Source of the DNA: Bacteroidales bacterium | GTDB lineage: Bacteria; Bacteroidota; Bacteroidia; Bacteroidales; UBA12077 | Assembly (NCBI GenBank): GCA_018334875.1 | Contig: JAGXLC010000002.1 | Span: forward strand, 1 to 49,023 | DNA: 49,023 nucleotides | Reading direction: 5' to 3' | In this document: positions 20,561-31,221 of the stretch, piece after piece | Position numbering within the stretch: the stretch's first letter is position 1 | How the letters are laid out: each line of letters opens with the position of its first letter | Notes under the pieces: generated by a model | Database searches by the model: none | What the model was told of the DNA's origin: nothing | The model's input: only the letters and a program-made list of their open reading frames with translations | Program-made: the position numbers and the translations under genes

Positions 20561-20648
20561 CGGAGAAAGAGGGATTCGAACCCTCGTGGCGCTTGTGGCG
20601 CCAACACGCTTTCCAGGCGTGCGCCTTCGACCACTCGGCCATTTCTCC
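20561..20648 (-). tRNA. tRNA-Ser (anticodon GGA)
   Basis: The reverse complement folds by hand. Acceptor GGAGAAA/TTTCTCC plus discriminator G; anticodon arm CACGC-CTGGAAA-GCGTG; long variable arm GGCGC..GCGCC; T-arm GAGGG-TTCGAAT-CCCTC. Confidence 0.92.
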
Positions 20649-20707
20649 GGGATAAGCCCCTCTAATTTTGCGGCACAAATTACAAAAAAATATAATTCAC
20701 AAAATAT

Positions 20708-21748
20708 TTATGGATTAATTTCTCCCCTAATTGACTTATTTAAAAGCATTCTAATCTTCTCTCTATTAATACCCAAGCCAAGAAGAAACATCAGCTTTGT
20801 TAAACCCGCTTCCGTGGTCAAATCATACCCATTCAAAACCCCTATTTCCTTAAGTTTTCGTCCGGTTTCATAATGGTTCATATCCACCGTACCTACCAAA
20901 CACTGCGTAATATTCAGCAAAATTTTATCCGCATCGATTGCCTCGCGAAGCAAATTTATGAACCAATCTTTTGTAAGGGCATTTCCTGAACCATAAGTTT
21001 CCAGAATAATGGCCCGGATTTCCGTGTTATGTGCCAACGCACTTACAACATTTTCATTAATACCCGGATGAACCTTTAAAATAGCTATATTGGTTTCCAG
21101 ATTTCTATGCACTTTCAGCTTTAAAGAACTTGTAGGATAACGAATGGCCTCGTAATTGTATTTTATATTGATCCCAATCTCAGCAAGATTCGGGTAATTC
21201 GGTGATGAAAAGGCATTAAAATGTTCTGAACTGATTTTGGTGATACGATTGCCCCGGAATAAGCGATTCTCAAAATACAAGGCAACCTCTGGCACCAGCA
21301 TCCGGCCATTTTTATGGGCTGCAGCGATTTCAACTGCCGTAATGAGATTTTCCTTGCCATCGGTCCGTAAGGTACCGATGGGTAGTTGCGAACCAGTGAG
21401 AATAACTGGTTTTTGAAGATTCTCAAGCATAAAGCTCAATGCAGATGCAGTATATGCCATGGTATCCGTACCATGTAAAATCACGAATCCATCATAATTT
21501 TCATACTGCCGGGCAATTATATCTACCAGCCTTACCCAAAACTCTGGTGTAATATCCGATGAATCAATAACCGGAGAAAAAGTAATACTATCTACTTTAT
21601 ATCCAAAGCTTTTTATATCAGGTACCTGTTCTTCAATATGAGAAAAATCGAAAGGATATAACCTTTGCGTTTCAGGATCTCTTATCATCCCAATGGTTCC
21701 CCCTGTATAAATAATAAGAATCGAAATATCCCCCTGTCTCTCCATCAA
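20708..21748 (-). CDS. ansA: Type I L-asparaginase
   Basis: ILIIYTGGTIGM and HGTDTMAYTASALSF. Confidence 0.9.
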   Translation of the reverse strand: MMERQGDISILIIYTGGTIGMIRDPETQRLYPFDFSHIEEQVPDIKSFGYKVDSITFSPVIDSSDITPEFWVRLVDIIARQYENYDGFVILHGTDTMAYTASALSFMLENLQKPVILTGSQLPIGTLRTDGKENLITAVEIAAAHKNGRMLVPEVALYFENRLFRGNRITKISSEHFNAFSSPNYPNLAEIGINIKYNYEAIRYPTSSLKLKVHRNLETNIAILKVHPGINENVVSALAHNTEIRAIILETYGSGNALTKDWFINLLREAIDADKILLNITQCLVGTVDMNHYETGRKLKEIGVLNGYDLTTEAGLTKLMFLLGLGINREKIRMLLNKSIRGEINP

Positions 21749-22512
21749 CTTCTGAATACCTTTAAAGCATTTCTTGTTGTGATCTCTGCCACTTCTTCCA
21801 AACTTATATTTTTTACTTCTGCTATCTTCTTGGCAATATATTTTATATATGTACTTTCATTTCTTTTTCCTCTGTGGGGAACAGGTGCCAGAAAAGGAGC
21901 ATCAGTTTCCAGTACCAGATGATCCATGTCTATCTCCGCAACCACTTCATCCAATGAAGAATTTTTAAAGGTCACAATTCCGTTAATTCCTATTTTAAAT
22001 CCCAAACCAATGATATGTTGTGCATCCTCAACTGTTCCTGCGAAACTATGAAAAATTCCATAAAGTTGCTCATCATTTAGTCTGTCTACCACATCAAAAA
22101 TTTCCCGAAAAGAATCTCTCGAATGGATCACAATAGGCATACCTTGTTCTTTTGCCCATCTTATCTGTATTTCAAAAGCCTTTTCCTGCTCTTTTTGATG
22201 GGTCTTGTCCCAGTAAAGATCAATTCCGGTTTCTCCAATAGCAGCAAAAGAACGCTCATGAAGCCAATTTTTCAGTATCTCAAGTTCTTTTTCATAATCT
22301 TTTTTAACCGAGGTAGGATGCAAACCAATCATGGGATAAAAAAATCCTGGATAAAGCGCCTCCAATTGAATCATATCTTCGATGGTCCCGGAATCAATAT
22401 TGGGAAGATATACCCGCCCAACACCTGCCTCTTTGGAGCGCTGAACTACATCCTGAACCGCATTGTCAAATTCATCAAGATATATATGAGCGTGTGTATC
22501 AATTAAATCCAT
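21745..22512 (-). CDS. tatD: TatD-family metal-dependent hydrolase
   Basis: LIDTHAHIY...; 255 aa. ATGA overlap with ansA. Confidence 0.9.
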   Translation of the reverse strand: MDLIDTHAHIYLDEFDNAVQDVVQRSKEAGVGRVYLPNIDSGTIEDMIQLEALYPGFFYPMIGLHPTSVKKDYEKELEILKNWLHERSFAAIGETGIDLYWDKTHQKEQEKAFEIQIRWAKEQGMPIVIHSRDSFREIFDVVDRLNDEQLYGIFHSFAGTVEDAQHIIGLGFKIGINGIVTFKNSSLDEVVAEIDMDHLVLETDAPFLAPVPHRGKRNESTYIKYIAKKIAEVKNISLEEVAEITTRNALKVFRS

Positions 22513-22561
22513 AATTTACCCAATAATTTATGCACCGCAAACTTGAGAAAAATTATTCAAA

Positions 22562-22587
22562 TAAAAAAGAGGGGCAAGAACCCCTCT
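22562..22587 (-). terminator. Rho-independent terminator after gdhA
   Basis: AGAGGGG / CCCCTCT stem, 6-nt loop, T-run on the - strand. Confidence 0.65.
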
Positions 22588-22612
22588 TTTCAATGACGGT
22601 CTGATAATATTA

Positions 22613-23950
22613 TCAAACGGCTCCCTGCGCCAGCATGGCTTCGGCAACCTTAACAAAACCACCGATATTGGCACCTTTTACATAATTAATGTAATCTCCT
22701 TCCTTTCCATATTTCTGACATGTGTTATGAATATTGGTCATAATCTCTTTCAACCTTTGATCTACGTCATCACGTGACCAGGGAAGCCGCATGGAATTCT
22801 GGGTCATTTCCAGGCCGGAAACTGCAACACCTCCTGCGTTAGCAGCTTTCCCAGGTCCAAAAAGTATTTGTTTATTCAGAAATACTTCGATGGCCTCTGG
22901 AGTACAAGGCATATTGGCGCCTTCTGAAACACATATACAACCAGTTTCGACCAGTTTTTCAGCGTCTTCCTTCTCGATCTCATTCTGAGTGGCACAGGGA
23001 AGGGCTATATCACAACTGACCTCCCAGGGTTTTTTCCCTTCATAATATTCAACTCCGTATTTTTCGGCATATTCCTGGATTCTGCCACGCTTGATGTTCT
23101 TAAGTTCCATAACATAATGCAGCTTTTCATCATCAATGCCATCCGGATCGTATATAAGGCCGCCGGAATCGGAAAGGGTAATGACTTTACCCCCCAGCTC
23201 ATTAATCTTTTCAGTAGCATATTGGGCTACATTACCTGACCCGGATACGGCCACTTCTTTATTCTTTATCTCCTCGCCACGAGTCTTTAGCATCTCCTGG
23301 GCAAAATAGGTGGCTCCATACCCTGTAGCCTCCGGTCGAATTAAGCTTCCTCCGAAGGGAATGCCTTTCCCGGTTAAAACACCGGTAAATTCATTCTTTA
23401 AACGCTTATATTGACCAAAAAGAAAGCCGATCTCCCTGCCTCCTACACCGATATCGCCGGCGGGAACATCCGTATGCGGGCCAATGTGCCGATAAAGCTC
23501 CGTCATGAAGCTTTGACAAAATCTCATTACTTCATTATCCGATTTACCTTTGGGGTTAAAATCAGAACCACCTTTACCTCCCCCCATAGGCAAAGTAGTC
23601 AAGCTATTCTTAAATACCTGCTCAAAGGCCAGGAATTTCAAAATGCTTATATTTACCGTAGGATGAAACCTTAATCCTCCTTTATAGGGACCGATAGCAC
23701 TGTTCATCTCTATACGGTATCCTTTATTGATCTGGATTTCACCCTTATCATCCTGCCATGGTACTCTAAAAATCACAGCACGTTCAGGTTCGGCAATTCT
23801 TTCCAGAATTTTGGCATGCTTATACTTGGGGTTCTCTTCAATGAATGGCATCAACGATTCTGCAACCTCCTGCACAGCCTGGTGGAATTCTTCCTCCCCG
23901 GGGTTTTTTGCAGCAATTCTCCCCATGAACTCTTCTAGACTTTGTTCCAT
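22613..23950 (-). CDS. gdhA: NADP-type glutamate dehydrogenase
   Basis: KGGLRFHPTVN...LKFLAFEQVFKNSLTTLPMGGGKGGSDF; 445 aa. Confidence 0.94.
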   Translation of the reverse strand: MEQSLEEFMGRIAAKNPGEEEFHQAVQEVAESLMPFIEENPKYKHAKILERIAEPERAVIFRVPWQDDKGEIQINKGYRIEMNSAIGPYKGGLRFHPTVNISILKFLAFEQVFKNSLTTLPMGGGKGGSDFNPKGKSDNEVMRFCQSFMTELYRHIGPHTDVPAGDIGVGGREIGFLFGQYKRLKNEFTGVLTGKGIPFGGSLIRPEATGYGATYFAQEMLKTRGEEIKNKEVAVSGSGNVAQYATEKINELGGKVITLSDSGGLIYDPDGIDDEKLHYVMELKNIKRGRIQEYAEKYGVEYYEGKKPWEVSCDIALPCATQNEIEKEDAEKLVETGCICVSEGANMPCTPEAIEVFLNKQILFGPGKAANAGGVAVSGLEMTQNSMRLPWSRDDVDQRLKEIMTNIHNTCQKYGKEGDYINYVKGANIGGFVKVAEAMLAQGAV

Positions 23951-24127
23951 AAGATATCTGATTTTAATTTTAAATTGACTATATGTAATTCTTAGCTTAA
24001 GTATCGGGGTTAAAAATATCGCCCAATTTTAAAAAAAATTTAAAGGAGTTAATAATCTACTCATAACTATTTTCGTGCAACTTTAACAAATCAAGAAAGG
24101 ATTCAGTTTAATAATAAAATGTTAACG

Positions 24128-25249
24128 TTAAATTGTCAGCAATTTATAACGATTACCCGGAAGGCATCTGGTAATGCCTTCAAATTCCAGATCCAAGAGC
24201 ATGGGAGATACTTTGCTAATGGGCATATTCAAACGTGAACTGAGCTCATTAATGGATAGCTCTCCATTTTCTCTTAGCAAAGTTACTATATTTTTCTCAG
24301 CGGGCCCAAGTTCCTTAAAAATCTCCCTTTGAACAATCTTTTCCTTATACTTATTTATCTCCCATCCCATCACATATTCCAAATCGGCTGCACCTTCAAT
24401 AAGGGCTGCTTTATTGGTTTTAATCAGTTGATTGCATCCTTTAGAACGCGGGTCATTTATTCTTCCCGGAAAGGCAAAGACATCACGGTTATAGGAATTT
24501 GCCAGATCAGCAGTAATAAGGGCTCCACCACGTTCACCCGATTCAATCACCACTGTAGCATCAGCCAATCCGGCAATAATTCTGTTGCGGCTTACAAAAT
24601 TGCTCTTGATAAATTTGGTATGGCTTGAAAATTCAGTAAGGAGCGCTCCCTGTTTTATGATTTTTTCGGCTACTGTACGATGAACAGAGGGATAGATGAT
24701 ATCCAAACCATGTCCAAGGACGGAGATCGTTTTCAGACCATTACCCAGGGCAGCTTTATGAGCGCATACATCAATACCATAAGCCAAACCACTAACAATA
24801 ACAAGATCCTTACCATTCTCCGACAAATCGGCAATGAGCTTCCGACAGGCCTCAATGCCCCGGTCGGTTGCCCTCCTTGTACCTACTACACTCAATATCC
24901 TGAAGTCTTCAAAGTTGACGTTCCCCTTAGAATAAAGAATTATAGGTGCATCCTCACAGTTTTTCAGTCTTTGCGGATAATTTTTGTCCAGATAAAAATA
25001 TACATCGATCTGGTAATGCTCAATAAAAGCCATTTCTCTTTCCACCTTTTCAAAAATACCTTTCTCTTTTATATTCCGGACAAGATTTTCACCAATATTA
25101 GGAATTTTTAACAATTTGCTCTTAGGTTCTTCAAACAGTGCTTTTGGGCTGCCAGTGTAGGCAATTAACCGTTTGGCCAGCATGGGTCCCACTTTAGGGA
25201 TTAAACTCAAGGCAATTCGATAGAACAGTTCCTCGTTATAATTTTTCAT
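24128..25249 (-). CDS. dprA: DNA-processing protein DprA (Smf)
   Basis: VSGLAYGIDVCAHKAAL...TISVLGHGLD...VVIESGERGGALITA. The start is moved to ATG 25249. Confidence 0.88.
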   Translation of the reverse strand: MKNYNEELFYRIALSLIPKVGPMLAKRLIAYTGSPKALFEEPKSKLLKIPNIGENLVRNIKEKGIFEKVEREMAFIEHYQIDVYFYLDKNYPQRLKNCEDAPIILYSKGNVNFEDFRILSVVGTRRATDRGIEACRKLIADLSENGKDLVIVSGLAYGIDVCAHKAALGNGLKTISVLGHGLDIIYPSVHRTVAEKIIKQGALLTEFSSHTKFIKSNFVSRNRIIAGLADATVVIESGERGGALITADLANSYNRDVFAFPGRINDPRSKGCNQLIKTNKAALIEGAADLEYVMGWEINKYKEKIVQREIFKELGPAEKNIVTLLRENGELSINELSSRLNMPISKVSPMLLDLEFEGITRCLPGNRYKLLTI

Positions 25250-25508
25250 AGGTCGATTATGAAAAAAGAAATCGTATGTTATACAAAACAAAACCTTTTC
25301 ATACCATTTGGCGTAAAACCGCCGTAAATAAAATGAATTTCCTTACAACACCGGATTTCATCTATTCATTTTTAGATATTATTAATGCATTATAAAAATG
25401 ATTGGAAATTTATTAAAAATTTTTATTACTTTGTAAAATTTGTGCCATTATTTTCCGTTAACCATAAGAAATTAATTAGTTGGGAATTAATAAAAATCAA
25501 AAGCCAAG

Positions 25509-26369
25509 ATGAGACAATTAAAAATTACCAAATCGATTACCAACAGGGACAGTTCATCATTAGAAAAGTACTTGCAAGAGGTTGGGAAAGAGGAGCTTTT
25601 AACACCAGATGAAGAAGTAGAATTAGCGCAGCGGATAAAAAAAGGAGACAAAACTGCATTGGAAAAGCTGACCAGAGCGAATTTGCGATTTGTAATCTCT
25701 GTAGCAAAACAATATCAATTTCAGGGATTGAGTTTACCGGATTTAATTAATGAGGGGAATCTTGGCCTTATAAAAGCTGCAGAAAGATTTGACGAAACCA
25801 AAGGTTTTAAGTTTATCTCATATGCCGTTTGGTGGATCAGACAATCCATACTTCAGGCAATTGCCGAGCAATCCAGAGTGGTCAGATTACCTCTGAACAA
25901 AGTAGGATCCATCAACAAATTACATAAAGCTTATGCAAAGTTGGAGCAGGAAAATGACAGGACTCCCACTTATGAAGAGCTTGCAGAGATGGTGGATCTG
26001 CCGAAGGAAAAAGTGGAAAAAACCTTACAGCTTTCGGGTAAATCCTTATCCATGGATGCCCCCTTTGATGACGATGAGGACGGCAGTCTTCTGGATGTAA
26101 TGGAAAACTCTGATGCACCCGAAGCAGACGGTACACTGATGAATGAATCCCTTAGCAGGGAAATAGAAAGAACGTTGAGCGTGCTTCCCGAAAAGGAAAA
26201 AGCCGTGATCAAGTATTTCTTCGGGTTGGGCGTCCAGGAAATGTCCCTTGAAGAAATCGGGCAAAAACTTAATCTGACCAGAGAAAGAGTTAGGCAGATT
26301 AAGGAAAAAGGCATCAGAAGATTGCGGCACTCCTCAAAAAATAAGCTGCTCAAAAAATATCTCGGATAA
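25509..26369 (+). CDS. rpoD: Primary RNA polymerase sigma factor (short Bacteroidota sigma-70/SigA type)
   Basis: Region 2 ([13 protein letters not shown]) and region 4.2 ([18 protein letters not shown]); 286 aa. Confidence 0.92.
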   Translation: MRQLKITKSITNRDSSSLEKYLQEVGKEELLTPDEEVELAQRIKKGDKTALEKLTRANLRFVISVAKQYQFQGLSLPDLINEGNLGLIKAAERFDETKGFKFISYAVWWIRQSILQAIAEQSRVVRLPLNKVGSINKLHKAYAKLEQENDRTPTYEELAEMVDLPKEKVEKTLQLSGKSLSMDAPFDDDEDGSLLDVMENSDAPEADGTLMNESLSREIERTLSVLPEKEKAVIKYFFGLGVQEMSLEEIGQKLNLTRERVRQIKEKGIRRLRHSSKNKLLKKYLG

Positions 26370-26389
26370 AAAACTTATCCAGTTTAAAA

Positions 26390-26430
26390 AGAGGCGATTA
26401 CAAATGTTTTTGTAATCGCCTCTTTTTTTT
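26390..26430 (+). terminator. Rho-independent terminator after rpoD
   Basis: 15-bp perfect stem AGAGGCGATTACAAA / TTTGTAATCGCCTCT, 4-nt loop, 7 T. Confidence 0.8.
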
Positions 26431-26480
26431 GGTTGGTGGTTTGAAGTCAATGAATACCCTGCAAATAGCTCCAAAGTGTA

Positions 26481-27281
26481 TTAAGGTAGTACTTCACCGG
26501 GGATTTCTTCAATATCCCTTACCTCTATCTTTCTGATGAACAATTCCCCACCTTCTGACTGGATTTGAATCTGACCGGAAGTAAGCGGGTTTACCTCCCC
26601 ATTTTCGTAGCTTCCGGAATTGTAATTGACCATCACGGTTTCGCCATTAACGACGTGAACAGACTGCCGTCCATAGCAATAGAGGTCGATCTCATTCCAT
26701 TCACCAATGGGATTTTCATAATCACTGCTTTTAGCGGCAATTTTGCTTACTCCATCTTTGCCGAATGCCTGCCTTTCACCCTCCGGATCATACTGGTAAT
26801 TGCCGTCTCCGGTTTCTCTGACCGGAATTTCACAATAAGTCTCCCCCATTCTGTAGGAATCACCTATATTACCTGTCATAAGCTGCATTTCGTGCGAATT
26901 CATCCAGGTATCAAGGCCAGCGCCAAAGGGGCCGTAACTATGGTAAAGCAAACCACTGTTCCGATTGCCGTATACATTCTCTCCCCATTTGAATTCCATG
27001 TGAAGATGGTAATTTTCAAATTTTTCTCTGGTAGCAAGGGAACCATTTACTTCTCCGGAGATCCTTATCACATTTTCTCCTTCCACTTGAGTCACTGAAA
27101 ATACTTGTTCAGGAGTAGCTTTTTCAGCAAGATCTTCATACCCATCTATGGGGGTTCCCAAGTAAGTTTCCCAGTTTTCAAGGTTCTCTCCGTTAAATAC
27201 AGGTTCCCACTCTGTTTGCTGCTGACAGGCAGATCCCAGAAACAGAACGACGGTTGTTAAAATGATGGCTAAAAATTTCAT
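26481..27281 (-). CDS. DUF1080 (3-keto-disaccharide hydrolase-like) domain lipoprotein
   Basis: Signal peptide with Cys (LFLGSAC). WETYLG..., FEFKW..NSG.LYH and IQIQSEGGELFIRKIEV match the typical DUF1080 pattern. Confidence 0.7.
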   Translation of the reverse strand: MKFLAIILTTVVLFLGSACQQQTEWEPVFNGENLENWETYLGTPIDGYEDLAEKATPEQVFSVTQVEGENVIRISGEVNGSLATREKFENYHLHMEFKWGENVYGNRNSGLLYHSYGPFGAGLDTWMNSHEMQLMTGNIGDSYRMGETYCEIPVRETGDGNYQYDPEGERQAFGKDGVSKIAAKSSDYENPIGEWNEIDLYCYGRQSVHVVNGETVMVNYNSGSYENGEVNPLTSGQIQIQSEGGELFIRKIEVRDIEEIPGEVLP

Positions 27282-27361
27282 AACATTATTAATTTATGGA
27301 TTTATGGATTTACAAAATTACCGGATTCGAAAATAACATTTTAATTTTACAATTACCAATA

Positions 27362-28348
27362 TTACCTTTTAACATATTGGCGAAAATTTTCAGGTACATT
27401 TTCGTAATATTTTGTAGAAGCAGGGACCAATACGGACTGGCCGTGCTTTTCCAGGAGCTGCAAACCCTGATGCCGGGAAAGAAGGAAGTGAAGAAATTTC
27501 CTGGCAACATCGGGATTGGGTGCTTTCTTCAGCATGCTTACCCCGTAGACCATCGGTTCACCATGAATGGTCAGCTTTTTCCCGGGTCTTTTACCGGCTA
27601 TATCCACCGATACAGTATTGTACCATTCTTTTAATTCCGGATTTCCAAGATTGATGGAATCCGTAAGGGTTAAATAATTTAATCCGTGCTGTTCAGCAAG
27701 GGACCGGTATAAAAAAATATAATCAAGGGTATTTGTTTCAAGCAATGCCAGAAGATCCGTCTCTTTCGGGCGTATATAGCGCTGGTTTTTTGAAAGAATA
27801 CGATTGGCCATACCCGGCTGATTGTAATATTTTTCTGAAAGCCGCAAGCTTAATACGGTTCTGTAACCACACGGATCCGAATCGAGGTCGCTCCGTCCAT
27901 AAAGTACCTCCTCCTTTTGTAAAATTTCATGCCAGTTAAACCGGTTAATCTTGTCATGGTATTTGGATTCCTGATGATATACGAGAGCCATTTCATTGGC
28001 GGCAAATTTAATAAGCCACTCTGTGTGCTCAGGGATCAGGAATTTATTTATAACCTTATAATCGGCGGAAGCCATGATGTCACAATCCCGGCCGAGATCA
28101 CTTATTTTACGGGCACATTCTACGCTTCCGGAAACTTCCCGTTGTATATTCACGCTGGGATGGAGTTGCTCAAAAGAATCCGCTGCCTCTTTAAAGGGCA
28201 CAGATAAGCTACCGGCATGGAAAATGATCAAATCTCCGGATAGCTCACCTCCCGTCTGATTTCCGTCATCCACAACACATCCTGCAAGAAGAAATAACAG
28301 AAATGCGAATATTGGAATTCCTCTGATACGGTTGCCATTCAAAAACAT
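27362..28348 (-). CDS. WtpA-like tungstate/molybdate-binding periplasmic lipoprotein (ABC-type substrate-binding protein)
   Basis: IFHAGSLSVPFKE...REVSGSVECARKI...DIMASADY...DPCGYR, close to archaeal WtpA as I remember it. Lipobox LLAGC; the start is set at ATG 28348. Confidence 0.7.
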   Translation of the reverse strand: MFLNGNRIRGIPIFAFLLFLLAGCVVDDGNQTGGELSGDLIIFHAGSLSVPFKEAADSFEQLHPSVNIQREVSGSVECARKISDLGRDCDIMASADYKVINKFLIPEHTEWLIKFAANEMALVYHQESKYHDKINRFNWHEILQKEEVLYGRSDLDSDPCGYRTVLSLRLSEKYYNQPGMANRILSKNQRYIRPKETDLLALLETNTLDYIFLYRSLAEQHGLNYLTLTDSINLGNPELKEWYNTVSVDIAGKRPGKKLTIHGEPMVYGVSMLKKAPNPDVARKFLHFLLSRHQGLQLLEKHGQSVLVPASTKYYENVPENFRQYVKR

Positions 28349-28486
28349 TTTACAAATTTTCCTCAGCCTGTTAATTGAATTCCAATATACCCCCATCCCT
28401 TTTTCAAGAAGCTTAAATGCTCTTTTTTGGTCATCCACGACGGAGAATGGTTGAATGCCATAAAAAACCCTGTAATTTTTCAGTCT

Positions 28487-31210
28487 TTAGATTTTCTCTA
28501 CTTTACACACCGAAAATTTATAGGGAGGTATCCTGGAGTGTGGATCCAGATCTCCCCGGGTTAATTTATTAACCAAGGATTCCCTGAAGTGAAAAGGCAT
28601 AAACAATTCACCTTCCGCCACGCTTTCACTCTCTCTGATCATAGTTTCCAGTTCACCCCTTTTATTGGACAGTTTAACCTGATCGCCATCACGAAATCCG
28701 TTTTTCTTAACATCTGCGGGGTTCATGAGCACAAATGTTTCATTGGCAAAATCATTCAGGGCTTTATTTCTCCGCGACATGGTGGAGGTATGATATTGAT
28801 AAAGGATTCTGCCGGTATTCAAAACGTAGGGGAAATCCCTGGATGGGGTTTCTGACTGTTGTTCATATTCTACAGGGTTAAGTATGCCTAATCCATGGGA
28901 AGTACTGAATTTTTCCAAAAACAAGGTTTTGGTTCCCGGATGATCTATTGTGGGGCAAGGCCATTGAAGTCCGTCCTGCACAATACGCCAATAGGTCACA
29001 CCAGCCATAATAGGCGTGGCTTCTCTTATTTCCTCAAAAATTTCTTTGGCGTTGTTGTATTGCCCTATATTGTATCCCATCCGTTCAGCAATGTTCACGA
29101 TGATCTTCCAGTCCTCCTCAGCCTGACCGGGCATTTCCAATGCTTTACGCACCCTCAACACCCTGCGGTCGCTATTGACAAATGTACCGTTTTTTTCTGC
29201 ATAGGAGGAAGCGGGCAAAATAACATCTGCATAAGGGGTAGTTTCCGTGTGAAATATATCCTGTACTACAAGAAAATCAAGATTTTTAAGGGATTCTTCG
29301 GTATGATTCAGATCCGGATCGGTCATCATGGGATTTTCTCCCATAATATACATTCCTTTTATCTGTCCCTCATGAGCTGCATTCACAAGTTGAACCGTGG
29401 TGAGGCCCGGCTCCGAAGGCAGGCTTTCAAAGGGCACATCCCATAATCCGGCAAGTTTTCTGCGGTTTTCCTCATTGCCAACAGGTATATATCCCGGGTA
29501 ATTAATCGGTGAAACACCGATATCTGTTACTCCCTGGACATTGTTCTGTCCCCTCGGGGGATCGATACCGGCCCTTTCTTTCCCAATCTGCCCGGTAATC
29601 AACATCATGTTTATAAGGGAAAAGACCATATGGGTACCCACCTGCTGCTGGCTCAGCCCCATTCCGGTAGCTATCATTGCAGTTGAGCTTTTGGCATAAA
29701 TACGTGCTGCTTCAGTAAATTTTTCCCTGGGAACACCGGTGATCCTTTCAGTTTCTTCAGGAGTATACTTATCAACCACATCCCGCAGTTTCTTATAGGC
29801 CTTCATACCACCATCAACTCTTTTTTTGATAAACTCCTTATCAATAAGATTTTCTTTAATAATAATATGTATCATACCATTAAGAAGGGCAACGTCGGTA
29901 CCCAGGCGGGGTTGCAGCCATATATCTGCATATTTGACCATAGTGGTCCATTTGGGGTCACAAACAATGATCTTGTTGCCTTTGTATTTTCCATTTTTCG
30001 CAAAAGTAGCTGTAACCGGATGAGTCTCCACCATATTGTTACCCGTCACGAAAAGACAATCAGTATTGGCAAAATCCTCAATAGAATTGCTACCCGCGCC
30101 GCTACCCAAAGATTTCAACATGGCGGTTACAGTGGATGCATGACACAGCCGGGTGCAATAATCAAGGTTATTGTTGCCGAAAACAATACGGATAAATTTC
30201 TGGAAAATGTAATTGTCTTCATTGGTACATTTGGCTGATCCATACCCACCCAGAGCTTCGCTGCCATATTTCTCCTTTATCTCACTGAATTTTTTAGCTA
30301 TCAGATCCAGTGCTTCCTCCCAGGAAGATTCTACAAATTCACCGTTTTTTTTGATCAATGGTGTGGTTAACCGATCTTCACTTTGGACATAATCGTATCC
30401 ATAACGTCCCTTTACACAAAGTCTGCCATCATTAGGTGCCACGTCTTCCACGCCGTCGGAGCGAACGATTTTACCATCCTGTACGTATAGCATAATCTGA
30501 CATCCTACGCCGCAATAGGGACAGGTAGTGCGAACCCTCTTGTCAATCCGGTTGAGATTGATTTCATCCCGATGGGGTTTATCAACCAGGGCACCGGTTG
30601 GACAAAGCTGCACGCATTCCCCGCAGCCGTCACATTCCGACTCACTCCATTTATCGATGCCTGCCACGATATAAGAAGCAATTCCCCGCTGACTGAAAGA
30701 AAGTACATTTTTTCCCTGCACTTCATCGCAGGCCTTTATACACCGGAAACATTTAATGCATTTGGTCCCGTCATACGACAAAACAGGAGAAGTATCATCC
30801 ACGGGATAATGCATGTGTTTATAAATATTGGGATAGCTTCTCTGGTACTTTCGGTCCAGGTTATAATACTGTACCCAAAACCAGAACTCATCATAATAAG
30901 TACCATCATGATGATCATTATGTTCGGCCAGCAAGTATTCCAGGGTACGTTTCCGGGCAGATTCAAGTTCATCATCAAAGGCCGTCACCAACATCCCTTC
31001 TTCGGCTTTTACTGTACAGGACATAGTGAGCCCTTTCTGCCCTTCGATTTTTACAACGCACATCCGGCAGGCACCGGTTGGTGAAAGCTTTTTATGATAA
31101 CAAAGAAAAGGAATCTGGATGCCGTTGTCCAATGCAACCTGTAGAAGGTTTGCTCCTTCAGGGGCTTGTATTTGCTTGCCTTCTATAGTAAGGTTAACTC
31201 TTTTACTCAT
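28487..31210 (-). CDS. fdhA: Formate dehydrogenase catalytic (alpha) subunit with an N-terminal NuoG-like Fe-S domain
   Basis: 907 aa. 2Fe-2S region (CYHKKLSPTGACRMC), CDGCGECVQLCP and CPYCGVGC clusters, and a molybdopterin oxidoreductase body. TRLCHAST lies at the Sec/Cys ligand position. Confidence 0.9.
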   Translation of the reverse strand: MSKRVNLTIEGKQIQAPEGANLLQVALDNGIQIPFLCYHKKLSPTGACRMCVVKIEGQKGLTMSCTVKAEEGMLVTAFDDELESARKRTLEYLLAEHNDHHDGTYYDEFWFWVQYYNLDRKYQRSYPNIYKHMHYPVDDTSPVLSYDGTKCIKCFRCIKACDEVQGKNVLSFSQRGIASYIVAGIDKWSESECDGCGECVQLCPTGALVDKPHRDEINLNRIDKRVRTTCPYCGVGCQIMLYVQDGKIVRSDGVEDVAPNDGRLCVKGRYGYDYVQSEDRLTTPLIKKNGEFVESSWEEALDLIAKKFSEIKEKYGSEALGGYGSAKCTNEDNYIFQKFIRIVFGNNNLDYCTRLCHASTVTAMLKSLGSGAGSNSIEDFANTDCLFVTGNNMVETHPVTATFAKNGKYKGNKIIVCDPKWTTMVKYADIWLQPRLGTDVALLNGMIHIIIKENLIDKEFIKKRVDGGMKAYKKLRDVVDKYTPEETERITGVPREKFTEAARIYAKSSTAMIATGMGLSQQQVGTHMVFSLINMMLITGQIGKERAGIDPPRGQNNVQGVTDIGVSPINYPGYIPVGNEENRRKLAGLWDVPFESLPSEPGLTTVQLVNAAHEGQIKGMYIMGENPMMTDPDLNHTEESLKNLDFLVVQDIFHTETTPYADVILPASSYAEKNGTFVNSDRRVLRVRKALEMPGQAEEDWKIIVNIAERMGYNIGQYNNAKEIFEEIREATPIMAGVTYWRIVQDGLQWPCPTIDHPGTKTLFLEKFSTSHGLGILNPVEYEQQSETPSRDFPYVLNTGRILYQYHTSTMSRRNKALNDFANETFVLMNPADVKKNGFRDGDQVKLSNKRGELETMIRESESVAEGELFMPFHFRESLVNKLTRGDLDPHSRIPPYKFSVCKVEKI

Positions 31211-31221
31211 AAATCAAAACT

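Noticed and set aside
20490-20678. N-terminal 63 codons of the 335-aa track ORF for ExbB
   Set aside because: This part is simply the translation of the tRNA-Ser gene and its spacer. A good signal-peptide start (MKRLLGTIAV...) exists at 20489.
27292-27312. Tandem ATTTATGG x2.5 upstream of the DUF1080 gene
   Set aside because: It is too short and AT-rich to distinguish from chance in an AT-rich promoter region. There is no second occurrence elsewhere in the window.
28487-31210. Possible selenocysteine (in-frame TGA) in the formate dehydrogenase
   Set aside because: The ORF is uninterrupted and the ligand position reads Cys (TRLCHAST). There is no recoding and no need for a SECIS element.
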